Below, piece by piece: positions 46,897 through 56,677 of a stretch of DNA of 64,000 bases. Under the pieces are notes generated by a model that saw only the letters and a list, made by a program, of their open reading frames with translations, ran no database searches and was not told the origin of the DNA. The stretch is from Minisyncoccia bacterium (GTDB lineage: Bacteria > Patescibacteriota > Minisyncoccia > Phycocordibacterales > UBA9973): contig CBFHKH010000001.1 of NCBI GenBank assembly GCA_965656375.1, forward strand, positions 132,691 to 196,690. Direction: 5' to 3'. Within the stretch, counting starts at the first letter, position 1. Every line of letters starts with the position of its first letter. The translations under genes and the position numbers were made by a program.

Positions 46897-48150
46897 TTAT
46901 AGAGATAGATTTCCTGTAGCTTTAAACTTTTTACCTCCTTTAGTTGGCTTCTTTTTTTGATACTGGAAGTATCCAGCGATTGCGATCATGAGGGCATTAT
47001 CCGTGCTCAGGATTTTTGTAGGGAAATGGATTTTAATACCTTTTTCCATATTTTTGAGCTGTCCTTTGAGAACATTTTGCAGGTGTGTATTTCCTGAGAC
47101 TCCACCACCGAGGATGAGAGTTTTTGCTTTATACATATCCATCGCCTTTAAAGTCTTTGCGACGAGAACATCAACAACTGCATCTTCGAATTCTTTGGAG
47201 ATTTCTCGTTTCATTTTATCTGTAAGAGGTCCGGTATCGCGTATATAGTAGAGTACCGCTGTTTTCAAACCAGAAAAAGAGAAATCGAAATCTTTTGAGT
47301 ATATCATTGGGCGAGGGAAGGTTACCTGCTTCGATTCCGAAAGCAATTTTCCAGGTCCTCGGGTTGGTTCACCAGACCGTGTAAAATTACTTTCGGAATC
47401 TCCGCATTTCCGCTCAGCTTCAGCAAGCTTTGAGATTTCTGGTCCACCAGGATACGGTAGTCCGAGCATGCGAGCGACTTTGTCGAATGCTTCGCCCGCT
47501 GCGTCATCTCGAGTAGATCCTATGATCTTGTATTTTCCAAATTCTTTTACAAGTACAATTTCGGTGTGTCCACCAGAGATGAGCAATGAAAGAACAGGGA
47601 AGCTAAGCGTGTCTTTGGTGTACGTAAATGTCTTTTTATTTTGGACAAGCGGTGAGAGCAAATGGCCTTCCATATGATTGACTGGGATAAGCGGTATATT
47701 CCACGCAAGCGATAGTGCTCGCGCGCAACTGATGCCTACCCAAAGCGCTGGTTCAAGTCCAGGACCGACAGTGACAGCGATTGCATCGATATGCGGTTTC
47801 TTCGTTTTCTTGATGAAATCTAAAAGTATATCTGCGAGATCATTTTCTCGAGCAAGGACCTCTCTGATTTTCTTTTCCAATTTTTGATCAATTATAGTAT
47901 TATTTTTCTTCCACATCTTTGCTTCCTTGAGTGCAGCATGGAGCGTTGGAATGATATTTTTCCCGTGTTCACGCTTGGCCATCATCGGGAATATTCCTCC
48001 GTACCCAGTATGGATGTCTATTTGAGTGTGTATCTTATTTGCGAGTATCTTAAATTTTGCAACATCCCTTTCCTTGAGAGTTTCGAGTATGGCAATACCT
48101 GTGTCGTCGGCCGAGGTTTCAATTGCAAGAAGCGTAAGCCCTTTTTTCAT
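46897..48150 (-). CDS. tsaD: tRNA N6-adenosine threonylcarbamoyltransferase TsaD/Kae1 family
   Basis: LLAIETSADDTGIAIL and the HMEGHL His motif. The start is taken at MKKGLTLL. It contains an insert and a Lys-rich C-terminus. Confidence 0.85.
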   Translation of the reverse strand: MKKGLTLLAIETSADDTGIAILETLKERDVAKFKILANKIHTQIDIHTGYGGIFPMMAKREHGKNIIPTLHAALKEAKMWKKNNTIIDQKLEKKIREVLARENDLADILLDFIKKTKKPHIDAIAVTVGPGLEPALWVGISCARALSLAWNIPLIPVNHMEGHLLSPLVQNKKTFTYTKDTLSFPVLSLLISGGHTEIVLVKEFGKYKIIGSTRDDAAGEAFDKVARMLGLPYPGGPEISKLAEAERKCGDSESNFTRSGEPTRGPGKLLSESKQVTFPRPMIYSKDFDFSFSGLKTAVLYYIRDTGPLTDKMKREISKEFEDAVVDVLVAKTLKAMDMYKAKTLILGGGVSGNTHLQNVLKGQLKNMEKGIKIHFPTKILSTDNALMIAIAGYFQYQKKKPTKGGKKFKATGNLSL

Positions 48151-48207
48151 AAAAGCACTATAGCACAAGGGTTTTTATTTGACCATTTTTGTGATAGGCT
48201 GAGATAT

Positions 48208-48819
48208 ATGAAGAAAAAACAACTCGGATTTAACCTGATTCTGATGGGAATGATCGCTTCCGGTAAAGAGACGCAGACTGAAATCTTGAAAAAGAAATAC
48301 TCGCTTCAATCTGTTGAAACAGGTGTATATACAAGGAAGCTTTTAAAAGAAAAAACTGCCAATGGAGATTGGGCACGGCGCACAGCGGGGAAAGGGTTAC
48401 CACTACCCACAGTTTTAATGCAAAAATTCCTTATTGTTCAAATAGATAAAAAACCAAAAAATAAAGACTTGATTTTTATCGGAGGGCCACGTCTTAAACC
48501 AGAAGCTCAATTGACCAAAAAAATTCTTACCGAAAGAGGACAGGATATATTTGCACTTTATATCTCTCTTCCTGATAAATATGTATATGAACGATCTCTT
48601 AAAAGAAGAGTAGGAAACATGAAGGATATCTACAAAGTTTTTGATACAAAAGAGCTTATAAAGAAGCGAATCAAATGGCATAAAAAGCAAGTATCGAAAA
48701 CAGTGGCATATTTCGACAGTCTCGGAAAACTGAAAAAGATAAATGGCAATCAATCAATCGAAAAAGTATCACAAGATATAGAAAAAGCGATTTCTCAATT
48801 TCAAAAACAGCTAAAATAA
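48208..48819 (+). CDS. P-loop nucleoside-monophosphate kinase-like protein (divergent adenylate kinase family)
   Basis: NLILMGMIASGKETQTEIL resembles the Adk P-loop (GxPGxGKGTQ) but is degenerate. The long upstream ORF extension is rejected. Confidence 0.45.
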   Translation: MKKKQLGFNLILMGMIASGKETQTEILKKKYSLQSVETGVYTRKLLKEKTANGDWARRTAGKGLPLPTVLMQKFLIVQIDKKPKNKDLIFIGGPRLKPEAQLTKKILTERGQDIFALYISLPDKYVYERSLKRRVGNMKDIYKVFDTKELIKKRIKWHKKQVSKTVAYFDSLGKLKKINGNQSIEKVSQDIEKAISQFQKQLK

Positions 48820-48820
48820 T

Positions 48821-50239
48821 ATGAAACTCTTGCAAACTGTCATAAAGAATATGAAAGTCCTCGAAACACATGGCAATGTGGAGGTATATATTTCTTCTTT
48901 GTCATTTAATTCGCAAACAGTGGAAGCTCACACGCTCTTTGTTGCTATAAAGGGTACTACTCTCGACGGACATGCGTTTATTGAAGATGCTGTAGAGAAA
49001 GGTGCCAATGTCATCGTTCATGAAGATGAGCTTTCCGAATACAAGCACGGGGTGACCTATGTGAAAGTTCCTGATACAAAGGAGGCGCTGGGAATTATTG
49101 CAAGTAATTTCTACGGACATCCGTCTCAGAAATTGAAGCTTGTCGGCGTGACAGGTACGAACGGAAAAACTACTATCACAACTCTTCTCCACCAACTCTT
49201 TCTTAATCTCGGTCATAAGTCAGGAATGATCGGTACTGTTGCAAACAAAATAAATGATACCGTGTTTGAAGCAGAACGGACTACTCCGGATGCCATTACA
49301 CTCAACAAACTTCTCGATATGATGGTAGAGGAAGGGTGTACGCATTGTTTTATGGAAGTGAGTTCTCATGCGATATCATTGAAGCGTATTGCGGGTCTCA
49401 CATTTACAGGTGGAGTGTTTACGAATCTAACCCTTGATCATCTTGATTATCACGAGACATTTGAGAATTATCGAGATGCGAAAAAAGAATTCTTTGATAA
49501 TTTGCCAGAGAGCGCATTTGCGCTTTCAAATAAGGACGATATGAATGGTGAGTATATGCTCATCAATACCAAAGCAAAACAGTATTTCTATTCGTTTAAA
49601 AAGTCATCTGATTTTATGGAACGACTCACCACAAAACTCATTGGTGAATTCAATGCCTACAACGTGCTTGCAGTATATGGAGCAGCGACGTTGCTTGGTG
49701 AGGATAGAGAAAATATAAAAGAATTAATAAAAGGTCTCGAGCCTGTAGAAGGGCGCTTTAATTATATAAAGAGTAAAGAGGGAATAACAGGTATCGTAGA
49801 TTACGCTCATACTCCAGATGCACTTGAAAATGTTCTCAAAGCTATCACAGAATTAAAATGGAATGGCCAACCGTCAGATCGATCTCGTAAAATCATCTCC
49901 GTATTTGGCTGTGGTGGAGATCGAGATCGTTCAAAGCGTCCTATTATGGCAAAGATCGGTAACGATATGAGTGATACAGTGATACTGACATCTGACAATC
50001 CCCGCAGTGAAAATCCAGAAACAATACTCGAAGAAATGAGAAATGGTCTGCCGAGAACACTTGGCGATACGGTCCATATCATCGTTGATCGAAGAGAGGC
50101 AATCGCAAAAGCATGTTCACTTGCTCACAAAGGTGACTTTATATTGATTGCAGGCAAAGGTCATGAAAAATATCAAGAAGTGAGTGGTGTGAAAAATCAC
50201 TTTGATGATATGGAAGAATTAAAGAAGTTCTTAATTTAA
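48821..50239 (+). CDS. murE: UDP-N-acetylmuramoyl-L-alanyl-D-glutamate--2,6-diaminopimelate (or L-lysine) ligase MurE
   Basis: GVTGTNGKTT and TSDNPRSENP (DNPR motif) in a Mur ligase domain architecture. Confidence 0.85.
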   Translation: MKLLQTVIKNMKVLETHGNVEVYISSLSFNSQTVEAHTLFVAIKGTTLDGHAFIEDAVEKGANVIVHEDELSEYKHGVTYVKVPDTKEALGIIASNFYGHPSQKLKLVGVTGTNGKTTITTLLHQLFLNLGHKSGMIGTVANKINDTVFEAERTTPDAITLNKLLDMMVEEGCTHCFMEVSSHAISLKRIAGLTFTGGVFTNLTLDHLDYHETFENYRDAKKEFFDNLPESAFALSNKDDMNGEYMLINTKAKQYFYSFKKSSDFMERLTTKLIGEFNAYNVLAVYGAATLLGEDRENIKELIKGLEPVEGRFNYIKSKEGITGIVDYAHTPDALENVLKAITELKWNGQPSDRSRKIISVFGCGGDRDRSKRPIMAKIGNDMSDTVILTSDNPRSENPETILEEMRNGLPRTLGDTVHIIVDRREAIAKACSLAHKGDFILIAGKGHEKYQEVSGVKNHFDDMEELKKFLI

Positions 50240-50244
50240 AATAT

Positions 50245-51576
50245 ATGACTAGCTACAAAAACTATTTCAAGAATAAGAAAATCACGATCATGGGCCTTGG
50301 TCTTTTGGGACGGGGAATTGCATATACCAAATTCTTGGCAGAGTGTGGAGCAGATCTCACGGTGACTGATCTAAAAACGAAGGAGCAACTTGCTTCATCA
50401 CTCAACGAACTCAAGAAATATAAAAATATAAAATATGTTCTCGGAAAACATGACCTCAAAGATTTCAAGAATAAAGATATGGTAATCAAGGCAGCAGGAG
50501 TACCACTTGATTCTATCTATATACGTGAAGCAAAGAAGAACAAGATTCCAGTCGAGATGGATGCGTCATTGTTCGCTCAATGTGCGCCAGATGTGACAAT
50601 TATCGGAGTTACTGGTACTCGTGGAAAAACTATGACGACAATGCTCATATATGAAATCTTAAAAAGAGAGGAGAAGAATTTAAAATGCAAAGTCTATGCT
50701 GGCGGCAACATTCGTGGAGGTGCTACGCTGCCACTCCTTGCAAAAGCGAAAAAAGGCGACATCGTAGTGCTCGAGCTTGATTCATGGCAATTGCAAGGAT
50801 TTGGCGAAGCGAAACTATCTCCCCAGATTTCAGTATTCACTTCATTCATGCCGGATCACATGAATTACTATAAGAGTGATCTAAAGAAATATTTCGAAGA
50901 CAAAGCAAATATCTATAGATATCAGAAAAAGGGTGATATACTCGTCATCCGTCCAGGTATGAAGAAATTGATCCAAAAGAATATAAAAGGTAAACTCGTC
51001 GTTGCTCAGGCAAAAACTGTAGCACGGTATGATTTTATTGTGCCAGGGAAATATCAACTGGAGAATCTTGCGTGTGCCATTGAGGTCGCAAAACTGTTCA
51101 AGATTCCTGAGAATGCCCTCAAGAAGACAGTTAAAAATTTCAAAGGAGTAGAAGGACGACTTCAATACGTGAAGACAGTTCTGGGAGTGAAGATATATAA
51201 CGACAATAATGCTACTACTCCAGAGGCAACCACTTCTGGCCTCGAAGCATTAGGAAAGAAGAAAAACATCATATTGATTGCCGGTGGAGCAAGCAAAGGC
51301 CTTGAGACGAGTGGACTTGTAAAAGCTATTAATAAATACTGTAAAGATATCGTACTCCTTGATGGTTCGGGGACTCAAGAAATGCTCTCAGAAAATAAAT
51401 TTAAAACTCCATATAGGGTCGTATCAAGTCTTAAAGATGCCGCAGAACTTGCATCCGGTCTTGCAAAGAAGGGCGACATTGTCCTTTTTTCTCCAGCATT
51501 TGCGTCATTTGGAATGTTTACAAATGAATACGATCGTAACGACCAGTTTATGAAGATACTTAAAAAATTGAAATAA
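50245..51576 (+). CDS. murD: UDP-N-acetylmuramoylalanine--D-glutamate ligase MurD
   Basis: GVTGTRGKTMTT in a Mur ligase central domain. Its position next to murE is consistent. Confidence 0.8.
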   Translation: MTSYKNYFKNKKITIMGLGLLGRGIAYTKFLAECGADLTVTDLKTKEQLASSLNELKKYKNIKYVLGKHDLKDFKNKDMVIKAAGVPLDSIYIREAKKNKIPVEMDASLFAQCAPDVTIIGVTGTRGKTMTTMLIYEILKREEKNLKCKVYAGGNIRGGATLPLLAKAKKGDIVVLELDSWQLQGFGEAKLSPQISVFTSFMPDHMNYYKSDLKKYFEDKANIYRYQKKGDILVIRPGMKKLIQKNIKGKLVVAQAKTVARYDFIVPGKYQLENLACAIEVAKLFKIPENALKKTVKNFKGVEGRLQYVKTVLGVKIYNDNNATTPEATTSGLEALGKKKNIILIAGGASKGLETSGLVKAINKYCKDIVLLDGSGTQEMLSENKFKTPYRVVSSLKDAAELASGLAKKGDIVLFSPAFASFGMFTNEYDRNDQFMKILKKLK

Positions 51577-51580
51577 GATC

Positions 51581-52165
51581 ATGACTAAATATATTTTAGT
51601 TGGAGGATATATACACAGAGCCACAGATGGAGGCAAGGCGTTTTGTGAAGAATTAATTAAAGGTGTTGAAAGCAAGCCTGTAAAAATATTAGATTGCATG
51701 TTTGCACGTTCCCGAGATTCTTGGGAAGAAAAAATTCAAGAAGACACCATCTTCTTTTCAAAATTTATTAAAGATTTTGAGCTCGAACTTGCACAACCTG
51801 AAATATTTGTTGAACAAGTTAAAAGATCAGATGTTATCTTTTTACGAGGAGGAGAAACTCGCCCTCTAATCGATGCATTGTCCAAGGATCCTAGCTGGAT
51901 TCAAGAATTAAATGGTAAGGTTCTTGCTGGAAGCTCAGCTGGCGGCGATGTAATTGCAAAATATTATGCAGTTGGAAAAACAGGAAGAACAAGTGGTGAA
52001 GGACTCGGTCTACTAAACGTAAAATTCATTCCACATTGGGAGTCAGATACATTTAAAGAATACGGTATAAGTTGGGATGAACTCCTAAAAGGATTAAAAG
52101 AACATAAAGAAAATTTACCAGTGTATACGGTAAAGGAAGGCGAGTTTAAAACTTTTGAGATATAA
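51581..52165 (+). CDS. Peptidase S51 (PepE/cyanophycinase-like) family protein
   Basis: GSSAGG nucleophile elbow (GxSxG) in a class-I glutamine-amidotransferase-like context. Confidence 0.45.
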   Translation: MTKYILVGGYIHRATDGGKAFCEELIKGVESKPVKILDCMFARSRDSWEEKIQEDTIFFSKFIKDFELELAQPEIFVEQVKRSDVIFLRGGETRPLIDALSKDPSWIQELNGKVLAGSSAGGDVIAKYYAVGKTGRTSGEGLGLLNVKFIPHWESDTFKEYGISWDELLKGLKEHKENLPVYTVKEGEFKTFEI

Positions 52166-52174
52166 TACGATTGT

Positions 52175-52960
52175 ATGGAAAAATTTGAGATAAAAAATAG
52201 ATACGGTCTAAAAATCATTGGAGAGCTACATCTTCCAGAAAATCCAATTGGACTTGCATTTATACAGCATGGACTCGGTGGCTTTAAAGAGCAAGTTGCG
52301 ATAGTAGCTACTGTTAATACTCTTTTAGAAAATGACTATATTGTCATCAATTTTGATAGCACTAACTCGGTTGGAGAGAGTGAGGGTAAATATGAAGATG
52401 CAACCATGCAGTTGCACTATGAAGATCTGGTAGATGTTATAGAATGGGCAAAAACTCAATCTTGGTATATAGAGCCTTTTATACTTTCTGGATCAAGTTT
52501 GGGTGGGTATTCGGTTGTTCGATACGGGGAAGAATATTCTAATAAAGTAAAAGGTATTTTTGCGAAAGCTCCAGTAGTTGCTGGGGAACTGAGTTTTAAA
52601 ACTAACGAAAGACATGATCCTGAAAATCTTAAAAAATGGAAAGAGACTGGTTGGAATGAAAGAAAAAGTGTATCAAAGCCAGGTATAATTAAAAGATTAC
52701 CGTGGTCGCATATGGAAGAGCGTCTAAAGCATGATCTTCGACCCCAAGTCTCAAAATTAACAATGCCACTAGCCATAATTGTTGGTGAAAATGATACTTC
52801 ATGTCCGTCAGATATTCAGCAACTATTCTATGATTTACTTCCAGAAAAAGGAAATAAAGAATTACACATAACCAAAGGAGCGCCGCATACATTTAAAGAA
52901 GATAAAGATATTTTAGATTTACGGAATACATTGGACTCATGGTTAAAGAAATTGAAATAA
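52175..52960 (+). CDS. Alpha/beta-hydrolase fold protein
   Basis: GSSLGG nucleophile elbow and a C-terminal GAPHTF His. Confidence 0.5.
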   Translation: MEKFEIKNRYGLKIIGELHLPENPIGLAFIQHGLGGFKEQVAIVATVNTLLENDYIVINFDSTNSVGESEGKYEDATMQLHYEDLVDVIEWAKTQSWYIEPFILSGSSLGGYSVVRYGEEYSNKVKGIFAKAPVVAGELSFKTNERHDPENLKKWKETGWNERKSVSKPGIIKRLPWSHMEERLKHDLRPQVSKLTMPLAIIVGENDTSCPSDIQQLFYDLLPEKGNKELHITKGAPHTFKEDKDILDLRNTLDSWLKKLK

Positions 52961-52961
52961 T

Positions 52962-54305
52962 ATGGAATTAGATTTATCAAAAATCAAACATGTGCATTTT
53001 ATCGGTATCGGTGGTATCGGTATTTCGGCGATGGCACGCATGATGATGCATGAAGGCAAGAAGATAAGCGGTCAGGATATCACGAAGTCTGATATTGTAG
53101 AGGAACTTGTAAAAAGTGGAGCAACAATAACAATTGGCCAGCATTTCGACTGTATTCCAGAGGATGCAGAGCTTGTCGTCTATACTATCGCTATCGAAGG
53201 GTATGCTCCCGATCTGTACGAAAAACTTAAATCGCAAACAGATTTTCCTATTCGCTCGTATCCAGAGATGCTTGGTTTGGTAAGTAAAGAAAAATATACA
53301 ATTGCTATTTCCGGAACTCATGGCAAGACCACGACTACGGGTATGATAGCCCAGATACTCTCTGACGAGAAAATGGATCCGACTGTTATTATTGGAAGTC
53401 TTCTTGTCGGCAAGAAAAATGAAAAGAAAAGCAATTTCATTGCGGGTAAGAGTAATTTCTTTGTCGTCGAAGCATGTGAATACAAGCGATCTTTCCTCAA
53501 CATCACTCCAAACATTTTGGTGATTACAAATATTGATGCTGATCATCTTGACTACTACAAAGACATCGAAGATATAAAAAGCGCATTCCGTACTCTTGCG
53601 ATGAAAGTTCCTCCGACTGGGTACGTTGTTTGTAATCCTGATGGTGAAAATATGCATGATGTAATTGAAGGTATACAGGCGAAAGTCATCAACTATACGG
53701 ATTTCTTGAATCCAATCACAACGCTCAAGATTCCTGGTCTTCATAACAAAGAGAATGCAAGCGCAGCATTTGCGGTAGCATCTATCCTCGCTGCTTCATA
53801 TACAAACACCAACATTGCACTTGGGAATTTCCCTGGTACATGGCGAAGATTTGAATACAAAGGAGTGCTTGCACCGAGCGGGAGCCTCATCTATGATGAT
53901 TATGCGCACCATCCTAAGGAAATAAAAGCAACGCTCCAAGGATTCAGAGAGCTCTACAAAAAAGAAGACGGCTGGGCAATCACTGTTGTATTCCAACCTC
54001 ATCTTTTTAGTCGCACGAAGCTTCTTTTACCGGATTTTGCTACGAGCTTCTCCGAGGCTGATATGGTTCTCGTCTTACCTATCTATTATGCACGTGAAGA
54101 AGATGATGGAACGATCTCTTCAAAAATTCTTGCAGAGAGAATAGAAGCAGCCGGCACAAAAGCTCTTTCATTCCCGGATTTCGCAAGCGCGGGCAAGTAT
54201 ATACATATATGGCTACCGAATATGAATAACAAAGACGTTATTGTTACCATGGGAGCAGGAGAGGCATTCAAAATCGGGGACAGCTTACTTGAAAGTAGCC
54301 TCTAA
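52962..54305 (+). CDS. murC: UDP-N-acetylmuramate--L-alanine ligase MurC
   Basis: HVHFIGIGGIGISAMARMM and GTHGKTTTT. Confidence 0.85.
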   Translation: MELDLSKIKHVHFIGIGGIGISAMARMMMHEGKKISGQDITKSDIVEELVKSGATITIGQHFDCIPEDAELVVYTIAIEGYAPDLYEKLKSQTDFPIRSYPEMLGLVSKEKYTIAISGTHGKTTTTGMIAQILSDEKMDPTVIIGSLLVGKKNEKKSNFIAGKSNFFVVEACEYKRSFLNITPNILVITNIDADHLDYYKDIEDIKSAFRTLAMKVPPTGYVVCNPDGENMHDVIEGIQAKVINYTDFLNPITTLKIPGLHNKENASAAFAVASILAASYTNTNIALGNFPGTWRRFEYKGVLAPSGSLIYDDYAHHPKEIKATLQGFRELYKKEDGWAITVVFQPHLFSRTKLLLPDFATSFSEADMVLVLPIYYAREEDDGTISSKILAERIEAAGTKALSFPDFASAGKYIHIWLPNMNNKDVIVTMGAGEAFKIGDSLLESSL

Positions 54306-54313
54306 AAGAAGAG

Positions 54314-55060
54314 GTGTGGTATACTAAATATATGGAAAATACACGCAAATCTTATTTTATTAATTCGAGACTTTTGATCGCGCTTGCGATCATTGTGAGT
54401 ACTGCGATCGCAGCGTATACGTTTTACTCTATTCGCTCTTTTGACAACACACTCACCGTTACGGGTTCTGCTACCAAGCAAGTTACATCTGACCACGTAA
54501 AATGGGTAGGTACGATTACACATATTGTAAAAGCAAGTACACTCAAAGAAGGCTATGCCGATATGGCGAGCGATCTTGCTAATGTAAAAGCATTCTTGAA
54601 AGAGAAAAATATTAGCGATGACCAAGTTGTCATTTCTCCAGTTTTTATGGAGCAGAACTATGATCAGCAGCAAAGCATAGAACGAAGTTACACATTGCGC
54701 CAAATGATCGATGTGAATTCATCAGATGTAAACGGTATCGCTGAGATTGCAAAAAATATCCAGCCACTTATCGATAGAGGAGTTATGTTCTCTACACAAT
54801 CACTCGAGTACACCTATAGTAAACTTCCAGAAGAGCGAGTCGCAATGCTCGCAGATGCAATCAAAGACGCAAAAGCTCGTGCAGCATCACTTGCAAAATC
54901 AACTGGTAAATCTGTCGGTCAGCTCAAAAGTGCTTCATCTGGAGTGGTGCAAGTTATGTCCGCAAATGCGCTCGATGTCTCTGACTATGGTTCATACGAT
55001 ACATCGAAAGTCGACAAGACGATCATGATCACAGTCAAAGCTTCATTTACACTCAAGTAA
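54314..55060 (+). CDS. SIMPL/DUF541 (BP26-like) periplasmic protein
   Basis: An N-terminal TM/signal region followed by SIMPL-domain patterns (AIKDAKARAASLAKSTGKSVGQL). Confidence 0.6.
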   Translation: MWYTKYMENTRKSYFINSRLLIALAIIVSTAIAAYTFYSIRSFDNTLTVTGSATKQVTSDHVKWVGTITHIVKASTLKEGYADMASDLANVKAFLKEKNISDDQVVISPVFMEQNYDQQQSIERSYTLRQMIDVNSSDVNGIAEIAKNIQPLIDRGVMFSTQSLEYTYSKLPEERVAMLADAIKDAKARAASLAKSTGKSVGQLKSASSGVVQVMSANALDVSDYGSYDTSKVDKTIMITVKASFTLK

Positions 55061-55061
55061 A

Positions 55062-55931
55062 ATGAGACGATACCTCTTCATATGCATCCTTGTGATATTC
55101 GGTAGTATTTCTACCTCGTATGCAGATACTTCGAGTACCGCAGGCTTTATTCCAGGGCAAATCTGGTATTCTCAGGATTCACTTGTAGAAGGAGAGACCG
55201 TCAAAATATATACCGCGCTCTGGAATGGTGAAGCAACATCACTTGTTGCGCATGTTGAATTCTACGACGGCAAGACATTGCTTGGCGCGCGGGACGTTAC
55301 CGTTCCACCATCTGAGATACAAGATGTCTCGATATCATGGAAGGTAACGGTAGGTGACCATGCGATTTTGGCAAAAATAAGTTCTTCGAGTACTACCATA
55401 AGTGGCAAGAAACAAGAGCTTATGCTCGATAATAATAAGACCGAAGAAAACAAGACATTCGTTCAAGCAAAAGCTGCGAGTACTGATGTGATCAAAGAGG
55501 GTATTGATAAAGCTACAGATACCGTAAAGGGGATTATTCCTACATCAGTTCCAGCACCTATTGCACAGAGTTTTGGAAGCATTGATTCGGTACGTGCAAC
55601 TACGTATGCAGATATTTCCCATACAAAAGCAGAAACACAAAAACGGATCGATGCACTCAATGGCGTTACAAAGGTTACTACGGCACCGATTGATGCTTTA
55701 CCTAAAAGTACAACATCAAAAAAGAATACAACAGTAAAAAATCCAAAAAAAGCGGAACAATCTCCATCCAAACCACTTGATGCGACAGAAAAGCCTATCG
55801 CATATGTGAAGCTCTTTCTCTTTTCGATACTAGCATTTATTTTCGGCTACAAGCTTGTCTTCTATGGGTTGATTGCGCTTATACTCTTTTTTATACTACG
55901 CTTCATCTACCGCAAAATACGACGTAAATAA
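55062..55931 (+). CDS. Secreted/membrane-anchored hypothetical protein
   Basis: Signal-peptide-like N-terminus, Thr/Ser-rich middle region and a C-terminal TM. Confidence 0.35.
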   Translation: MRRYLFICILVIFGSISTSYADTSSTAGFIPGQIWYSQDSLVEGETVKIYTALWNGEATSLVAHVEFYDGKTLLGARDVTVPPSEIQDVSISWKVTVGDHAILAKISSSSTTISGKKQELMLDNNKTEENKTFVQAKAASTDVIKEGIDKATDTVKGIIPTSVPAPIAQSFGSIDSVRATTYADISHTKAETQKRIDALNGVTKVTTAPIDALPKSTTSKKNTTVKNPKKAEQSPSKPLDATEKPIAYVKLFLFSILAFIFGYKLVFYGLIALILFFILRFIYRKIRRK

Positions 55932-55999
55932 AATTGAATAGGTACTAGAAAAGGACCAAGAAAAATCTTGATCCTTTTTTGTAATATTGTTGTCATGTT

Positions 56000-56263
56000 T
56001 TAATCTTTTAACCATTCTATGAATTCTTCGTAGGTAAGAACCGTCGAGTCAGGTTCCAGTTTAAATTGGTTAAAATTTATTTCATCATGATTCCCATCAA
56101 ATGACAGGTACAACATTTTATGCCCGCATTCCTCAATATATTTTTCGATGGAAATATCTCCATTTATACTGAATAGTGCTTCTGTGGCGGCTTTCAATGC
56201 TGCCTCAATTTTTTCCGGGTCTTTGTCTACTTTTACGTAAACAACTGAAGGTTTTTTGGCCAT
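56000..56263 (-). CDS. Small hypothetical protein
   Basis: 87 aa ORF. Confidence 0.3.
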   Translation of the reverse strand: MAKKPSVVYVKVDKDPEKIEAALKAATEALFSINGDISIEKYIEECGHKMLYLSFDGNHDEINFNQFKLEPDSTVLTYEEFIEWLKD

Positions 56264-56276
56264 GTTTTTAGTTTTT

Positions 56277-56326
56277 GTTTAAACACAAAAGACTTAGTAC
56301 AATCTTCTGTGTTTAAACAAAAACTA
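56277..56326. repeat. Large palindrome (16-bp arms, 1 mismatch) in a divergent intergenic region
   Basis: tgtttaaacacaaaaga...tcttctgtgtttaaaca. Confidence 0.4.
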
Positions 56327-56407
56327 TGTATAGCAGTCGATTTAAGCATAACAATATCATACTTAAACTAATTTGTCAATTATACCCTTATAGAGTATAC
56401 TTATTAT

Positions 56408-56677
56408 ATGAAGCGCGTTATTTTTGATATTGTCCTCTTCGTATCAGTATTTACCTTGCCATGGTGGGTACCAGCAATCCTCGCGCTTATAGGCATGTTC
56501 ATGTTTGTGCAATTCTATGAATTCCTTGGAGTAGGAATCATCATATATGCGCTCTATGCGATACCTGGGACACGGGTTATCGCATCGCCAATTTGGTTTC
56601 CGATCTGTATCTCGATCGTCTACATCGCAATCCAATTCGCACGCCGATATATAATCCTATATAAAAATGAAATTTAA
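56408..56677 (+). CDS. Small membrane protein upstream of the PBP gene
   Basis: 89 aa with 3 TM helices. Its stop overlaps the PBP start. Confidence 0.3.
   Translation: MKRVIFDIVLFVSVFTLPWWVPAILALIGMFMFVQFYEFLGVGIIIYALYAIPGTRVIASPIWFPICISIVYIAIQFARRYIILYKNEI

Noticed and set aside
47884-48207. 311-aa ORF version of the kinase-like gene overlapping tsaD.
   Set aside because: The N-terminal 108 residues are antisense to tsaD and have no motif. The P-loop protein starts at MKKKQLGF (48208).
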